A stretch of 63,067 bases of DNA, the filler included, from Globobulimina sp. (Eukaryota): NCBI GenBank assembly GCA_003354225.1. It is 29 parts of 29 records of this genome, joined end to end, with 100 filler letters (N's around TTAATTAATTAA, not from the genome) between each part and the next. Parts side by side here need not be neighbours in the genome. Positions count along the whole stretch, not along the records: positions 10,900 to 12,978 come from PIVH01009168.1; positions 13,079 to 15,157 come from PIVH01009169.1; positions 15,258 to 17,336 come from PIVH01009170.1; positions 17,437 to 19,515 come from PIVH01009171.1; positions 19,616 to 21,693 come from PIVH01009172.1; positions 21,794 to 23,871 come from PIVH01009173.1; positions 23,972 to 26,049 come from PIVH01009174.1; 22 more parts are not named here. One strand, given 5' to 3'. Shown here one piece after another: positions 11,919 to 24,138 of the stretch. The notes under the pieces are model-generated. The model was not told where the DNA came from, did no database searches, and saw only the letters and a list, made by a program, of their open reading frames with translations. Both the position numbers and the translations under genes were made by a program. Within the stretch, counting starts at the first letter, position 1. Each line of letters begins with the position of its first letter.

Positions 11919-12815
11919 TTAAATACGCGACAACTTAGAGTTTTGAAGACGGTTACTAGTATTTAGCTGTAGGTCCATCATTGGTTGGGAGCTCACAGTC
12001 AGTTCATTTTTCTTCCTACGCTTTGATTGATACAACAGTGTGAGCTTGGATTGAAAGTCTGCCATGAGTCTATATGATAGGTTCCATACAAATGGAGTCG
12101 TGTATAAAGCAATAATTATATCGACAGTATAATGTCTCCTGGATGCAATAATGAATACAACTTGAACAATGAGTAAAGGGCAGTACAATCCATAAACAAT
12201 TATATAAAATTTATTTTTATCCATAAACAAGTGCAAGTATCTGTGTAGTGCACATATAAAAATCATTGAAACTGATGTATGTGATGAAAATATTAAATCT
12301 CCACATCCTGAAAGTATGTGCTTTCTCCATACAATAGCATCTGTTGTTTGTGGTGGATTGTAAGTATTTGAGCTTGGCAAACAATGCGGAGCTGGTCCAG
12401 GTAATGCGGTCGATAAAAAGCAAATACATCGGAGTATTGCGCATAGAGCCATTACAAACAAAACTCTCACAATAAATGTTGCCCAATGAACAGGTGTTGG
12501 ATGAGAAAAAAATGGAATAAAGGACCACACAAAAATCGAACCTACAATTAATAAGCAAATGAATTCGGATATATCACGTATCGAACCATCAATTTCTGGA
12601 ATTAATTCAAATCCAAAATCTTGTAATGGTTCTGAAGGAATATGACGAAAATATGCATAATTCGCTGCAGTTGAGTGAGCTAATTGTGTTACGACACACA
12701 CCGCTATCAGAGGCAATCGTTGCAGCATCAATTTTGCTTCGAGGAACCATCGATGACGTGAACATAATGCATGATATGTTAAGTCTAGCAATTTGTCATG
12801 ACCTTTGTGCAACAT
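11919..12815 (-). CDS. Inositol phosphorylceramide / sphingomyelin synthase family protein (start uncertain)
   Basis: PLQDFGFELIP, LPGPAPHC, CGDLIFSSHT, SRRHYTVD. Confidence 0.92.
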   Translation of the reverse strand: MLHKGHDKLLDLTYHALCSRHRWFLEAKLMLQRLPLIAVCVVTQLAHSTAANYAYFRHIPSEPLQDFGFELIPEIDGSIRDISEFICLLIVGSIFVWSFIPFFSHPTPVHWATFIVRVLFVMALCAILRCICFLSTALPGPAPHCLPSSNTYNPPQTTDAIVWRKHILSGCGDLIFSSHTSVSMIFICALHRYLHLFMDKNKFYIIVYGLYCPLLIVQVVFIIASRRHYTVDIIIALYTTPFVWNLSYRLMADFQSKLTLLYQSKRRKKNELTVSSQPMMDLQLNTSNRLQNSKLSRI

Positions 12816-13119
12816 ACTTTGTCAAAAAAACAGTTAATTAAATGGCCTCTACATAGTTAAATGATGGAATTTTAAACACAATTTCATAGATATTTAAAGA
12901 TGCAACAATTTGAAGGAAAAGGGTGCGCAAAAAAAAAGAAAAAAAAAAACAACACATTATACAATTAAAATTTTACAANNNNNNNNNNNNNNNNNNNNNN
13001 NNNNNNNNNNNNNNNNNNNNNNTTAATTAATTAANNNNNNNNNNNNNNNNNNNNNNNNNNNNNNNNNNNNNNNNNNNNCGTGTTTAATCATATAATCCAT
13101 ACATCCATTCCATTCCATC

Positions 13120-13201
13120 TTATCACCGTAGGATTCGAACCTACATCCATTTGGTTTGCAATCCATTCAAACCAATGCTCTACCAATTGAGCTAGGTGCT
13201 C
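13120..13201 (-). pseudogene. tRNA-like sequence (pseudogene or tRNA-derived repeat) with a 15-nt anticodon loop
   Basis: A box TAGCTCAATTGGTAGAGC; T arm GTAGG-TTCGAAT-CCTAC; anticodon stem TTGGT/ACCAA; two mismatches in the acceptor stem. Confidence 0.75.
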
Positions 13202-13398
13202 ATTTTTCTTATTTCTTGCATGTGGAGGACTATTTTTGAAATGAATTGTAAATTCTATAATCAGGAGTGGAATGAGTACTTTTAATTAATCCACGCTCCC
13301 AGCATGCAATTTACTAAGTGCTTTTTGAGTATTTAAGTATTAGTAGTAGAAAAAAAGTTAGTTGGCACTAAATTACTCTGTTTAAAGATAACTTGTTA

Positions 13399-14514
13399 AT
13401 GGCTGACATTTTCGCAAAAGTAGGGTTTATTTCTGGATGGGTTGGTGTGCTTTGTTGTATCTTATCATTTATTTTCTTAACATTAAAAGCACGGGAACAA
13501 GTTATAAAATTCAAGAAAACTAAAAATAACGACATCGATGTTAAAGATGATAACATTTTTTTATTATTATTTGCATTCGGCTGTACAATATTTACATTCA
13601 TTCAAAATATATACTATGCGACCATTGGTTCAGACCCAAATCGTTTACATATTCACATCACACGCGGTATTTGTCAATATACAGCGCAATATATGGCCAA
13701 TGCAGGTTGGCAATTATCGCGTTATTGTTTTTATAATTTTATGTTATGGAGAATCAAAGCCTCGTTTCGTGAGCCGCAGTCACTCAAATTATCACAAATA
13801 ACTTTTGTGATTTATTTCACATTAATTCATTTATGGCTTGTATTTGTTTTATGTATTTCAATTTTTTTAACGCCCCGCAAATATACAGCGAGTGGTGAAT
13901 GTTTCATAGTGGTCAACAAAATATTTAATAACTTTACAACCGCAGATATCCGTTCAGTTGCGTGGGCATTCGATTTTTGCTTAACTGTGGCTTTATTGTT
14001 CTTATTTTTGAAACGTTTCTATCAATTAACACAACGAAACGAACGCATTAATAAATATAAGCGTAAGACAATAATTTTAGGCGTGACAGCTACGTTAACT
14101 TCCATCATTATGGCGCTTGTCATTTATTTCATGACTACAAAAGAGTGGCGATTCTTCATTTCGATGGATTTGATTGTGAACCTTTCCTGTGTTGTATTTA
14201 CGTATAAGATATCGGTGGATGCACTGTGTCCATATTGCTATCGCCAATATAAAAATTCGCATTGTAATGGAGACACTGTGAAACATTCAGTCGTCAACCA
14301 AGAATCCACAATTTCTCAACAGCCAAATGACAGTCAAGTATGGAGGATGTTGGTCAAATCACAGCATGAATTGCATGATGTGCATGTTCATGATGTTGAT
14401 GTTGAGGTCGATTGTAAGGAAATGGAATCGGATGGTCGCAGCTGTCAGACTCAACTCGCTCAAAATAGTCAGAACAAAACAGATGTTGAACTTGAAAAAA
14501 TGCAAAGAAATTGA
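13399..14514 (+). CDS. 7TM GPCR-like receptor
   Basis: About seven hydrophobic helices, Cys near TM3 and in ECL2, polar C-terminal tail. Confidence 0.7.
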   Translation: MADIFAKVGFISGWVGVLCCILSFIFLTLKAREQVIKFKKTKNNDIDVKDDNIFLLLFAFGCTIFTFIQNIYYATIGSDPNRLHIHITRGICQYTAQYMANAGWQLSRYCFYNFMLWRIKASFREPQSLKLSQITFVIYFTLIHLWLVFVLCISIFLTPRKYTASGECFIVVNKIFNNFTTADIRSVAWAFDFCLTVALLFLFLKRFYQLTQRNERINKYKRKTIILGVTATLTSIIMALVIYFMTTKEWRFFISMDLIVNLSCVVFTYKISVDALCPYCYRQYKNSHCNGDTVKHSVVNQESTISQQPNDSQVWRMLVKSQHELHDVHVHDVDVEVDCKEMESDGRSCQTQLAQNSQNKTDVELEKMQRN

Positions 14515-14796
14515 AATGATATAAAAATTAAAAGTTTATTATAAGAACCATTCTCTATATCTTTTTGTCATACTTAGGGTTTTTTTAGTTTTGTCTTTAA
14601 TAAACTGTGTCATTTTTTATGTACGTCTAGATCTGTCTGTTTGTTTTGTATACTGTTTTTTATGTACATATGTCTGTTTGTTTGTATTATTGTATACAAG
14701 TTTAATAGTTTTTACATTCTTTCTCGCTAGTTTTTAATTGATAACCTAAAAGTTTTTACAACAAACACGTACATTATTTCCGAAAAAAATAGCAAA

Positions 14797-15157
14797 ATGA
14801 CAATGGCAGAGGAAACAATAACAACACCATTAACCAAATTACTTGGTATAAAGTACCCGATAATCCTCGCCGGAATGAACAAAGCAGCAGGTCCCAAATT
14901 AGCTGCTGCAGTCACCAATGCTGGCGGGTTGGGCGTAATCGGCGGTATCGGATTCACGCCACGCATTTTAAAATTACACATCAAACATTTAAAACGCGCT
15001 TTGATTGATCCAAATGCACCCTTCGGTGTAGATTTACTACTTCCCAAAGTAGGCAAAGGTGCGCGCAAAACCAATTATGATTACACAAAGGGTAAATTAG
15101 ATAACTTGGTCGATATTGTCATCGAATCCAAAGCAACATTGTTTGTCTCCGCAGTGG
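14797..15157 (+). CDS. Nitronate monooxygenase / 2-nitropropane dioxygenase family, 3' truncated
   Basis: ITTPLTKLLGIKYPIILAGM, LAAAVTNAGGLGVIGG, PFGVDLLLP. Confidence 0.92.
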
Positions 15158-15257
15158 NNNNNNNNNNNNNNNNNNNNNNNNNNNNNNNNNNNNNNNNNNN
15201 NTTAATTAATTAANNNNNNNNNNNNNNNNNNNNNNNNNNNNNNNNNNNNNNNNNNNN

Positions 15258-15978
15258 CCGCCAAAATACAGCTTATTGCCTCCATTTTATTCCAATCCTG
15301 CCAGCGTGTCAATATTTTATTGATTCGTTCCCTATAAATCATACGCTTTTGCCAATGTAATTCTGTATCCACATAAAATAAAAATATACATTGTTCGAGC
15401 AGTGGACTTAACACATACTCATTGTTTTTAATGCATTGTTTAATGAATCCATGAATTAATAATATATTCGTTGCCATTTGTTGCGGTTCAAACGGTGGTA
15501 CACCAAACTCCAAGCAATGTTGTAAGATTTTAAATTGTTCCATTCGTTTTTCATTCATATTTTCAACTTTTTTAGTCATTGGAAAGTCAGTAAACATAGG
15601 AAACTGTAAATAACTACAATTGTTGGCTGCGTTTGCACCATTTATATCGTCAGGAAGTTGACATAATTCCTCTTCAATATCGTTAATATCATAGGTATGC
15701 TCTTCAAAATATTTCAAAAATATCCCTTTGGTTTGATTGCTGGAATCATAATAATTATCTTGTTTCATTCTGCCATAATATATTCCTAATGCTTTGTCAA
15801 TTATTCGTGCCTTATTTATATCCAATACGAGCTCATCTTCTTTGGGTTTGTCTTGATCTGTGTTGTATTGTAATGATGATAGAGCAGGTTGTGTGTTCTC
15901 TGTGTTATGAATATTGCCAGGTATGCCTGCTTTGCATGCCACATCACTTTCCACATCAGCTGTAATCTCAACTGCCAT
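15258..15978 (-). CDS. Hypothetical protein, 3' truncated
   Basis: 240-codon ORF; contains LLIHGFIK..LSPLLEQCIFLFY motif. Confidence 0.6.
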
Positions 15979-16097
15979 GAGCTAGGTGTTGCAGTTAAAA
16001 GTTTCTTATACGTTTTTTTTCTTAACACGTCATCTGATTTTTTATGCACATTTATCACCCCAGCAATTATGTATGAATTTAATTATACAAAATTAAT

Positions 16098-17199
16098 TTA
16101 ACAAACATTACCATCATTTTGAATTCTTGAGGCTTGTTTAAATGAATTTGCATCATTTCTGATTTGAAACAAAATATCCAAAATAGCTTCACCTAACCAT
16201 TGAAAATCACTTACTTCCAACCATATTTGACAACTTAATCTCATATAATGAACTCCATTCCATTCACGCATTAAAATATAAGTATACGGAGTATACTGAT
16301 TCAATAATATATCCTGTATCATATACACTTCTGTTTCATTTTGTGTTGGCAATATGGGATTAATTGTTGCATGATAATAATTACTATCCGCAGTCATTAA
16401 TGTTGTACCCCATAAATCAGTTAATATCGTCGCACCATCAACACATAAATTATGAATATAATTTATTATACGTTCTTCACCAACACTTTCTCGCCAATTT
16501 AATGACTCATTCATTGAATACAATGACGTATAATCCATAGTGCCTTGACTTGCAAATATACTCTGCCAATTATGTGTTGTATTGTGTCCTGCGCTTGATA
16601 TAATTGGTGGATATATCATGGGTTGCAATTCTTTTTTAACATAAATAACGCCAGTTCCTCGTGATGAAAATAACCATTTATGAGCATCAGCAATATAAAT
16701 ATCTGGATTTAAATCTGAAATATTAATGGATAAATGGCCAAGCGAATGGGCACCGTCAACAACAGAAATAATGTCATATTTATGAAATAAAGAGATTATT
16801 TCTTTAACATCATATAAAATCGATGGATAAGCAGTAATATGGCAAAATGTTGCTGCATAAATGGAAGATACATTATTGTCAATCATAAATATCTCTAATT
16901 CCTGCAATAACAAACTTGTATTTACAAACATTTCCTTTGTAACTTGAAATGTAACCAATTGATTTCGACCAATTGAGGCCAAATCATTATTAATAAAATC
17001 CAATGTTTCTTGAACAACAGTATGCGCCGTATTAAATTGTAATATTTTGCATGTAGTTCCACCACAATCATTATTAAATAGAATCTGAGCAAGTGATCGG
17101 AATACAGCATTTACGCCATGTGATACATTGATTACAAATGATAAATCTGTATAATCTTCAATACCTAAATACGTAGCTAAATTTCTCAATGTTTCTTCC
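16098..17199 (-). CDS. PLP-dependent class V aminotransferase (isopenicillin N epimerase / Cys desulfhydrase / Egt2-like), 5' part missing
   Basis: VDGAHSLG, DAHKWLFSSRGTG, QGTMDYT, YMRLSCQIW. Confidence 0.88.
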
Positions 17200-18260
17200 T
17201 TAAGGTAGTTGTGTACTGTACTTAGTGTTGGACAATAAGAGATTTATTAATCATTTGCATGCTTTGTAGGATTCAGAATTCACTTTTATTGTTGTCGCCT
17301 TTCGTAAAGTGTTTCTCATGGATTGGAGCGCTTTTTNNNNNNNNNNNNNNNNNNNNNNNNNNNNNNNNNNNNNNNNNNNNTTAATTAATTAANNNNNNNN
17401 NNNNNNNNNNNNNNNNNNNNNNNNNNNNNNNNNNNNTGTAAATTAATTGAAAATGAATTAAAAATGGATTAAATTGTAAATTAAAATAAAATGCATGCAC
17501 GAATGTTCTTGTTTTTTCAATGTCACTGTTCATTGATGGATAAAGAACAATACCCAAATTCGTGATGATTCACTATTAAAATAAAACGATTATTCTAATA
17601 ACGATGGAGCAAGAATTATACCCCAGGTATTGTACTGACAACAGACAAATACCAGATCTGTCGCCTTAATGATGGTAATATGCTATATATGAATCACAAA
17701 GTTCGATATACAGCATATGTGTGATATCTAATATACTATAATATACTATTGATTTGAATGTGTGATAGTATCAATTGATGGAATGCCAAATTGTCACCAA
17801 AGATACTGGGAACGGGATATAATTATAAATATTATATGTGTGTTCTGCCAAACCTCGTTCCTCTGATAAAGTAAGCCTTTGACTCAAAAACTGTGAAAGA
17901 CAGTTACTAGAAAAGAAAGTTGCAGAACAGAGACGTGTATTGAATGAATGTTTGATTGAAATAGAATACTAATATATCAATATATAAATTTAAAACTTAT
18001 CAATATATATTAAAGGTAGGGGATACAAAAATAAGTTGGTAGTTATATACACAAATGAAATACACTATTTTTGTAGGATTATAAAGAGATTATATAATAT
18101 ACAAATAGATGAATGCAAAGATATTTTAATGGAAATGTAATAAACGCTCAAAATCAACGAATGATTTATCATGAAATAGTATAAAATATAAAGACAATAT
18201 AAATACGATAATGTGTTTAATATTTGCAGATTGATAATTAATATGAAAATCAATGAAAAT

Positions 18261-19515
18261 TTATCTCGCGCCATATCCATGCACGTTTCCACGGTCTAAA
18301 TTGTTGCATTTCTCACTGATATGTTCATTGATGACATAGCAGTGACGGCACATATGATGAAAATCACATTTTGCGTGATCATGTGCGAAATAACAGTTTC
18401 CTCTCTCACTGTGACGGCAGATGTAATTAATTAATTCTGGTCCACCAAATAAACGACCATTCTCTGTCTTGTACACAGCCATGGCGTCTTTGTGGTGTTT
18501 GACGTCCATTACGATGCTGAGACGGAATTGTATTTTGTGTCTGTGGTTGGAGCGAATCCTGCGTTTTGTTGAACGAATTGGGGTCTTTGGTTATAATTTG
18601 TGTATTGATTGCGATTATAACCATTGTTGAAATTGCGATTGTATCCATTTCCATTGTATCTATTTTGCGGCCAACGGTTTCTTGGACGTGGTTTACGGTT
18701 AAAGCCACGATTAAATCCTCCGCGAAATGAGTTTCTTTGTGGTTGAAAATACTGTTTGCCGCCATTCGTGCCGTCCCTTCTCGGTTTATATGTGTTGTCT
18801 GAAGACGAGGGATGTGAATCTGAAGTGTTTCTGGATAATTTGGTGGCGTTGTTAGTGTTGTTGATGCTATACAAAGCATGGTCAAATTCACGTGTTTCTC
18901 TTTTATTTTCATGTTCTTTTGCCATCACTTCCATTTTCCACGCATTAAAGAATGATCTGTTGTTAATTGCTTCCAATGCTTGTTTGCCATCAATTGTATA
19001 CATATTCTTTCTTTGTAATAATAAATAATTCAATGCTTTCATCCCATTCTCGCCCTTTAAATGAAGCCGTAAGTTGTTGTCAATGAAACGCGCAAATTCT
19101 CTCCATTGAAGGGCTTGGATATACAAATAAATGCTGATTTTAATCGATTGTGTTGTGTTACCTCTCTTTTTATGTTCATCCGAGAGAGTGTTGATTGCAT
19201 CGCCAATCATGCGGACAAATGTATGTGCCGCGTCATCCTCTTTAAGGAACTTTTTGATACATGCATCAATATTGAAATGTGATTGACTCCAATTTAATTC
19301 ACCAATCAATGCCAAATAACGTAATAAATTCATAGTGTCTGCACCACCTTCTTAGTATTTGTGACATTGCCACTCGTTTCTTTCTTAATATCCATCATTT
19401 CTTTCTTGTAATTCTCATATAAAAACATATCTAAATACGTATAAATGTGTAAAAATTAATGATATAATGATGGAGTATGGGATTAAATGTAATAATATAC
19501 GTATCTTACCCTACT
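18261..19515 (-). pseudogene. Frameshifted gag-like gene: helical region, N/R/G-rich tract, C-terminal CCCH+CCHC zinc finger of DIRS/Ngaro type
   Basis: CRHSERGNC..CDFHHMCRHC..HISEKC at 18261-18509; frame breaks near 19335 and 18509; putative intron 19431-19509. Confidence 0.55.
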
Positions 19516-19736
19516 NNNNNNNNNNNNNNNNNNNNNNNNNNNNNNNNNNNNNNNNNNNNTTAATTAATTAANNNNNNNNNNNNNNNNNNNNNNNNNNNNN
19601 NNNNNNNNNNNNNNNTTACATGCAGTGCAATGATAATGTATACAATTTCAAAAGAAAAGTGTTTCAAACAGGTGAATTGTATAGATTTATTTATTTATTT
19701 TAATAGATTTATTTTATTGTATAGAATTAAATCTTC

Positions 19737-20963
19737 TCATTGTACAATAGGTGTAAATTGTAATCTGACTTCATTATCCAATTCAATTCTTTTTATTTTA
19801 TATTTATTGAATGCATGCTCTCTGTCTGCTGTTGTTTGCATAGCAATGTCCAATGGATAATAATAACCAAAATTCGAATTATGTTTGGCATGATGGTCCG
19901 CATGAAAGTTATCTGCATGATAAGGAGCTGCAACATTGCGTGAATGGAAAAAATATTTATTACTCCATGATACACCGCTTAAGACACAATAACTGAGTCC
20001 TGGCGGCATACCGCCACAGACCAATGCCATTAACAATTCAATGATAATCAATAACCATTCTTCAGGCGCCCCAAATCCAAAAACATGCGCATCGAATGCT
20101 GTCGTATCTTGCAGATAATGATGGAATTTGTGCGCATCTGGGTATACGTTTGGAATATGTCCGATTCGATGAACATGGTAAAACATCACATCCCAATATG
20201 CGCCGCCAATATAGCCAGAAACCCAACCGGATGCACCTAAAACAGCATCAATAATCCACACAGTTAACGGAATACGCTGACCGAATAATGATGCTATTAA
20301 CACTAAATAATAAGTTTTACAGTTTAAAAAGCCGTACCACACTGATTGCCACACACGGCGCAGACTTACTTTTTTTGTCTTTCCTTTTGGCGTTCGGATC
20401 AAACATAAGGCACAAATAAGTTGATCGAGAAAAAGAAAAATAGTCAGAAATAACGGAGAAAGTGATATGTACACATTGAGAGATTGCGGGCAGAATAAAT
20501 CAACGAAATATTTCAGAATTGGGAAAATTAAAAGATGTCCGCTGAAAATCATAATTGAAGTCTCAATGCCATAACCGATTGAAATGAATAAGGAATACGG
20601 CAAAAAAACAAATTGTAATAAACTAATAACAAAAGCCATCATTCTGTGTCCACTAAAAACGGCGATGATTACAGCTGCTCGAATCATAAAAAAACCAATT
20701 TGACGAATGTTAAAAGGTAATGGAGTTCCATTATGGAAGGATTGTAATTCGATCGCGAGTTGATTCATGTCATTGTTATATTTAGTTATAAATGATTTAT
20801 TTACATTTACAGTAAATTCATTTCCACCCTTCATACGTTTTGCTAATGCAATGCAGTTCGTAAGTTCTAATGGTAGTTCGTGAAATAATTTAAAAACATA
20901 AGAAATCCAAAAGACAAATAATTTCATATTTCCAAAAAATAGAACCTGTAACATTTTACCCAT
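19737..20963 (-). CDS. Fatty acid hydroxylase / sterol desaturase superfamily membrane enzyme
   Basis: His boxes FYHVHRIGH, HKFHH, FHADHHAKH..NFG. Confidence 0.85.
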   Translation of the reverse strand: MGKMLQVLFFGNMKLFVFWISYVFKLFHELPLELTNCIALAKRMKGGNEFTVNVNKSFITKYNNDMNQLAIELQSFHNGTPLPFNIRQIGFFMIRAAVIIAVFSGHRMMAFVISLLQFVFLPYSLFISIGYGIETSIMIFSGHLLIFPILKYFVDLFCPQSLNVYISLSPLFLTIFLFLDQLICALCLIRTPKGKTKKVSLRRVWQSVWYGFLNCKTYYLVLIASLFGQRIPLTVWIIDAVLGASGWVSGYIGGAYWDVMFYHVHRIGHIPNVYPDAHKFHHYLQDTTAFDAHVFGFGAPEEWLLIIIELLMALVCGGMPPGLSYCVLSGVSWSNKYFFHSRNVAAPYHADNFHADHHAKHNSNFGYYYPLDIAMQTTADREHAFNKYKIKRIELDNEVRLQFTPIVQ

Positions 20964-21111
20964 GTGCAAGACTGCAGAGTTTTCAAATTCTGATTATTTT
21001 TATATTTAACCAAATAAAATACCATGTTTCTTATAAATACGAGGTTATGATTTTTTGATGATATATATGATTCCAAATAACAACCCTTTACGCAAAACAG
21101 TTCCAAATAAA

Positions 21112-21693
21112 ATGAACCATGCTGTCAGGAAAAGACGGTCACATTTATTAGTAAGTGGATACGTTCGAAAATCTAGGTCTCAATACGTCCATAGAGATAT
21201 TATTAGTATCATTCATGCGTTCCATTATATAATATATAAAATATTGGAATTATATTCTATTGGTCCTAATGCATATGGACAGCAAGGGAATGGAGGAAAT
21301 GCATATGAAGATATTAAAAAAATAACGAAAATAAAAACATTTCAAAAACAAATAACAAATATACTCACTTGTGGTTATTCTTTTTGTGTAGCAGCATATA
21401 TTTTATTTGATGATGAAACATATGAATGTTGTGGTTATAATGAAGAGGGTGTATTAGGTGTTGGGCATTATGCTAATATTAATATATGGCATCAAATAAA
21501 AGATGTGAAAGTAAAAAATATATTTGCAGCACCAAATGGATCTAAACATTCATTTTGTATTTCAAATGAGAATAAATTATATGCTGTCGGATTGAATGAT
21601 TATAATCAATTTGGTATAACAACACCAATTAATCAATCTGGTGTAAATAAGAATAATAAATGGATACCAATTAATACATCATTGTCGATTCAA
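21112..21693 (+). CDS. RCC1-repeat protein, 3' truncated
   Basis: LYSIGPNAYGQQG, CGYNEEGVLGVG, LYAVGLNDYNQFG repeats. Confidence 0.85.
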
Positions 21694-22214
21694 NNNNNNN
21701 NNNNNNNNNNNNNNNNNNNNNNNNNNNNNNNNNNNNNTTAATTAATTAANNNNNNNNNNNNNNNNNNNNNNNNNNNNNNNNNNNNNNNNNNNNATGTACA
21801 AACGTCTGAAAGATGGCGTACACACTCCCCAGAAGCACCAGGAATTAATCAACAATAAAGTTGTTTTGTATTAATATTTGCTTGTTCATTTTTTCCCCAT
21901 GAATGTATTTTCTGATACATTTCAAAAAAACCACAATTTGCTCAATTGCTAAAATAACCACGCAAACCACGAATTGCTAATTGAATTCGCTAAACAACGA
22001 AATGCTTTTTTTGTAATTCCGAATTTTTGTAATTGACGTGATTAGCTGTTCCAAACTTCCAAACAGCTAAAAAAACGCAATAGTTATTTCCCAGGAGAGC
22101 ACATCCTTCCTACTCTTCCTACTCTTCAGGAAAAAGTTTTAGGACGACATCCCCGACGATGTAACGCAGTAAACGCACTTACAAAAACTTTGTCATCAAC
22201 TGTACGTCTGAACA

Positions 22215-23871
22215 ATGAGCTCGTTAAAAGAGTTTGAGTTTCCGTTATCCGATATTAACGATTTAAAAGTAGCATCTGATGATAAATATTATGTGGAGGT
22301 GAAGGAAGATCCCGTACGATCCTCACTAGCATCGCAACAAAATGTATTAACCGACATTGAAGACCGATTAATTCGGCATCCATTACGATTATTTGCACAT
22401 GAAAATTTTGACCCATTATATATGTTTATCATTAAATTAAAAAATTTATCATCAACGATTAAAACCCGTTTAGTGGATGTCTTATCTGCAATATCCACCC
22501 CATTATTAAATAAAGTCAATGCATCCATTGACAACAACCAACGCAAATATATTTGCCGAAATTCAATAAAAATGTTATCCTTTTTATTATGTGTTATTGT
22601 TCGTACATTAGAACGGGAAGCCCGATCTATTCAAGAAAGCACAATCTCACTAAGTACGAAATCGCGAAATAAAAAGAATAAAAATAAAAAAAAAAGAAAG
22701 AGAAGAAATACAAACAACAATGACAACGTTATAGACATTGAATATGAGTGGAAAAAAGATAAAGAGAGAGTGTTAGCCATATTATGTGACATTTTACGAC
22801 AAACGAATCTAATCCGATTATGGGATTTAAACACTCCCTCAGAACATTTTGGAAATTTATTTTTTAACACAGCAATGTCCGCCATTGAAAACATTAAAAA
22901 CCATAGCAATTCGTCTGCAAAAATTATACAATCACAAATATTTGATTTAATCGGCTTATCCTTATCAAAATATTCCACAAATGTGTCTGCCCCCTCTCAG
23001 TTAATACGGATGCTGCAAACCAATACATCTGATAACACGAATAAATTATCCGTTGTGATTGCTGCATTAATCTCCATCCTTGTGACAAAATATAATCAAC
23101 CAATGATTTTGCATGAAATGATGACGTTTAGTTTGCGTTTTTATTTTTCTTTGTTTGCTCTCGGAATTGGAATTTAATAAATAATTATTCTGACATTTTC
23201 CACAGAGACATTGGACATTTGAACGGTAAGGACCTATCGCGCGATACCCGCGGCACCAAATCATTAAGTCTCTTCTTAAAGAATTTGGCAGATAAATGTC
23301 CCAAATTGGTGCTAAATAAGATATCGTTGGTAGTGAACCATTTGGATCAAGAAAGTTATGTGATGAGGAATGGCATTGTTACAATGATTGGTTCACTAAT
23401 TCAAAATGTCCAATTCGAAGACAGCGAGAGCAAGAAAATCAAAAACGATTTATTTGATATGTTAGAAACACGCATCTTAGACATAAATAGTTATACTCGC
23501 TCCAAAGTGCTCCAAACCTGGTCGCTGTTAATTGAGGAGAAGATTGTGCCCGTTCACAGATTATGCAATACGTTAATACCAATCATAAGGAACAGATTGC
23601 AGGACAAAGCTGCCTTAGTTCGAAAACAAGCCATTCAAATATTATGCGTCATCGTGAAGAATAACCCGTGGGGGCCATTGGAATTAGATAATGACAAAGC
23701 GGTGCATGAGATGACTGCGCTTAAAGCTAAAATAAATAGCATTGAAACTTCATTGTCGCAGTTAGAGCTCAAATTATCTCACAAATTACTCAAGAAACAA
23801 GGCATTGAGTTTAAAATTGCTAATCTGGAACAGGAGGAAAAGGAACAGGAAGAGGAACATGATGAGGATAA
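22215..23871 (+). CDS. NCAPD2: Condensin I subunit CAP-D2/Cnd1, N-terminal part; intron 23126-23205
   Basis: LDQESYVMRNG, DINSYTRSKVLQTW, RLQDKAALVRKQAIQ..NNPW; in-frame GT-AG splice. Confidence 0.9.
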
Positions 23872-23971
23872 NNNNNNNNNNNNNNNNNNNNNNNNNNNNN
23901 NNNNNNNNNNNNNNNTTAATTAATTAANNNNNNNNNNNNNNNNNNNNNNNNNNNNNNNNNNNNNNNNNNNN

Positions 23972-24039
23972 TGGTTAAGGCGGTGACCCCAAGTATCATT
24001 GTTCCATTGAACACGTGGGTTCGAATCCCACTCCATGCA
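23972..24039 (+). tRNA. tRNA-Leu(CAA)-like type II tRNA, 5' end cut by the contig edge
   Basis: TGGTTAAGGCG D arm; loop CC-CAA-GT; variable arm TGTTC-CATT-GAACA; GTGGG-TTCGAAT-CCCAC; A73; then T6 Pol III terminator at 24040-24045. Confidence 0.75.
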
Positions 24040-24138
24040 TTTTTTGTGATATCAGTATAATAAAAAGAAGAAATGATGTACATCTTATTTTATTTTGATA
24101 TATAAGGGAGGTTATTTGGAAAAAGGCATCAAATTGTG

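Noticed and set aside
14797-15157. Nitronate monooxygenase as evidence of eukaryotic denitrification
   Set aside because: Widespread flavoenzyme family, not a denitrification enzyme.
18507-18511. TAATG as programmed termination-reinitiation
   Set aside because: A second frame break in the same gene makes decay more likely; kept only as a check under that finding.
21794-22140. Possible decayed gene on the minus strand upstream of CAP-D2
   Set aside because: Stops in all frames I translated; similarity too weak to call.
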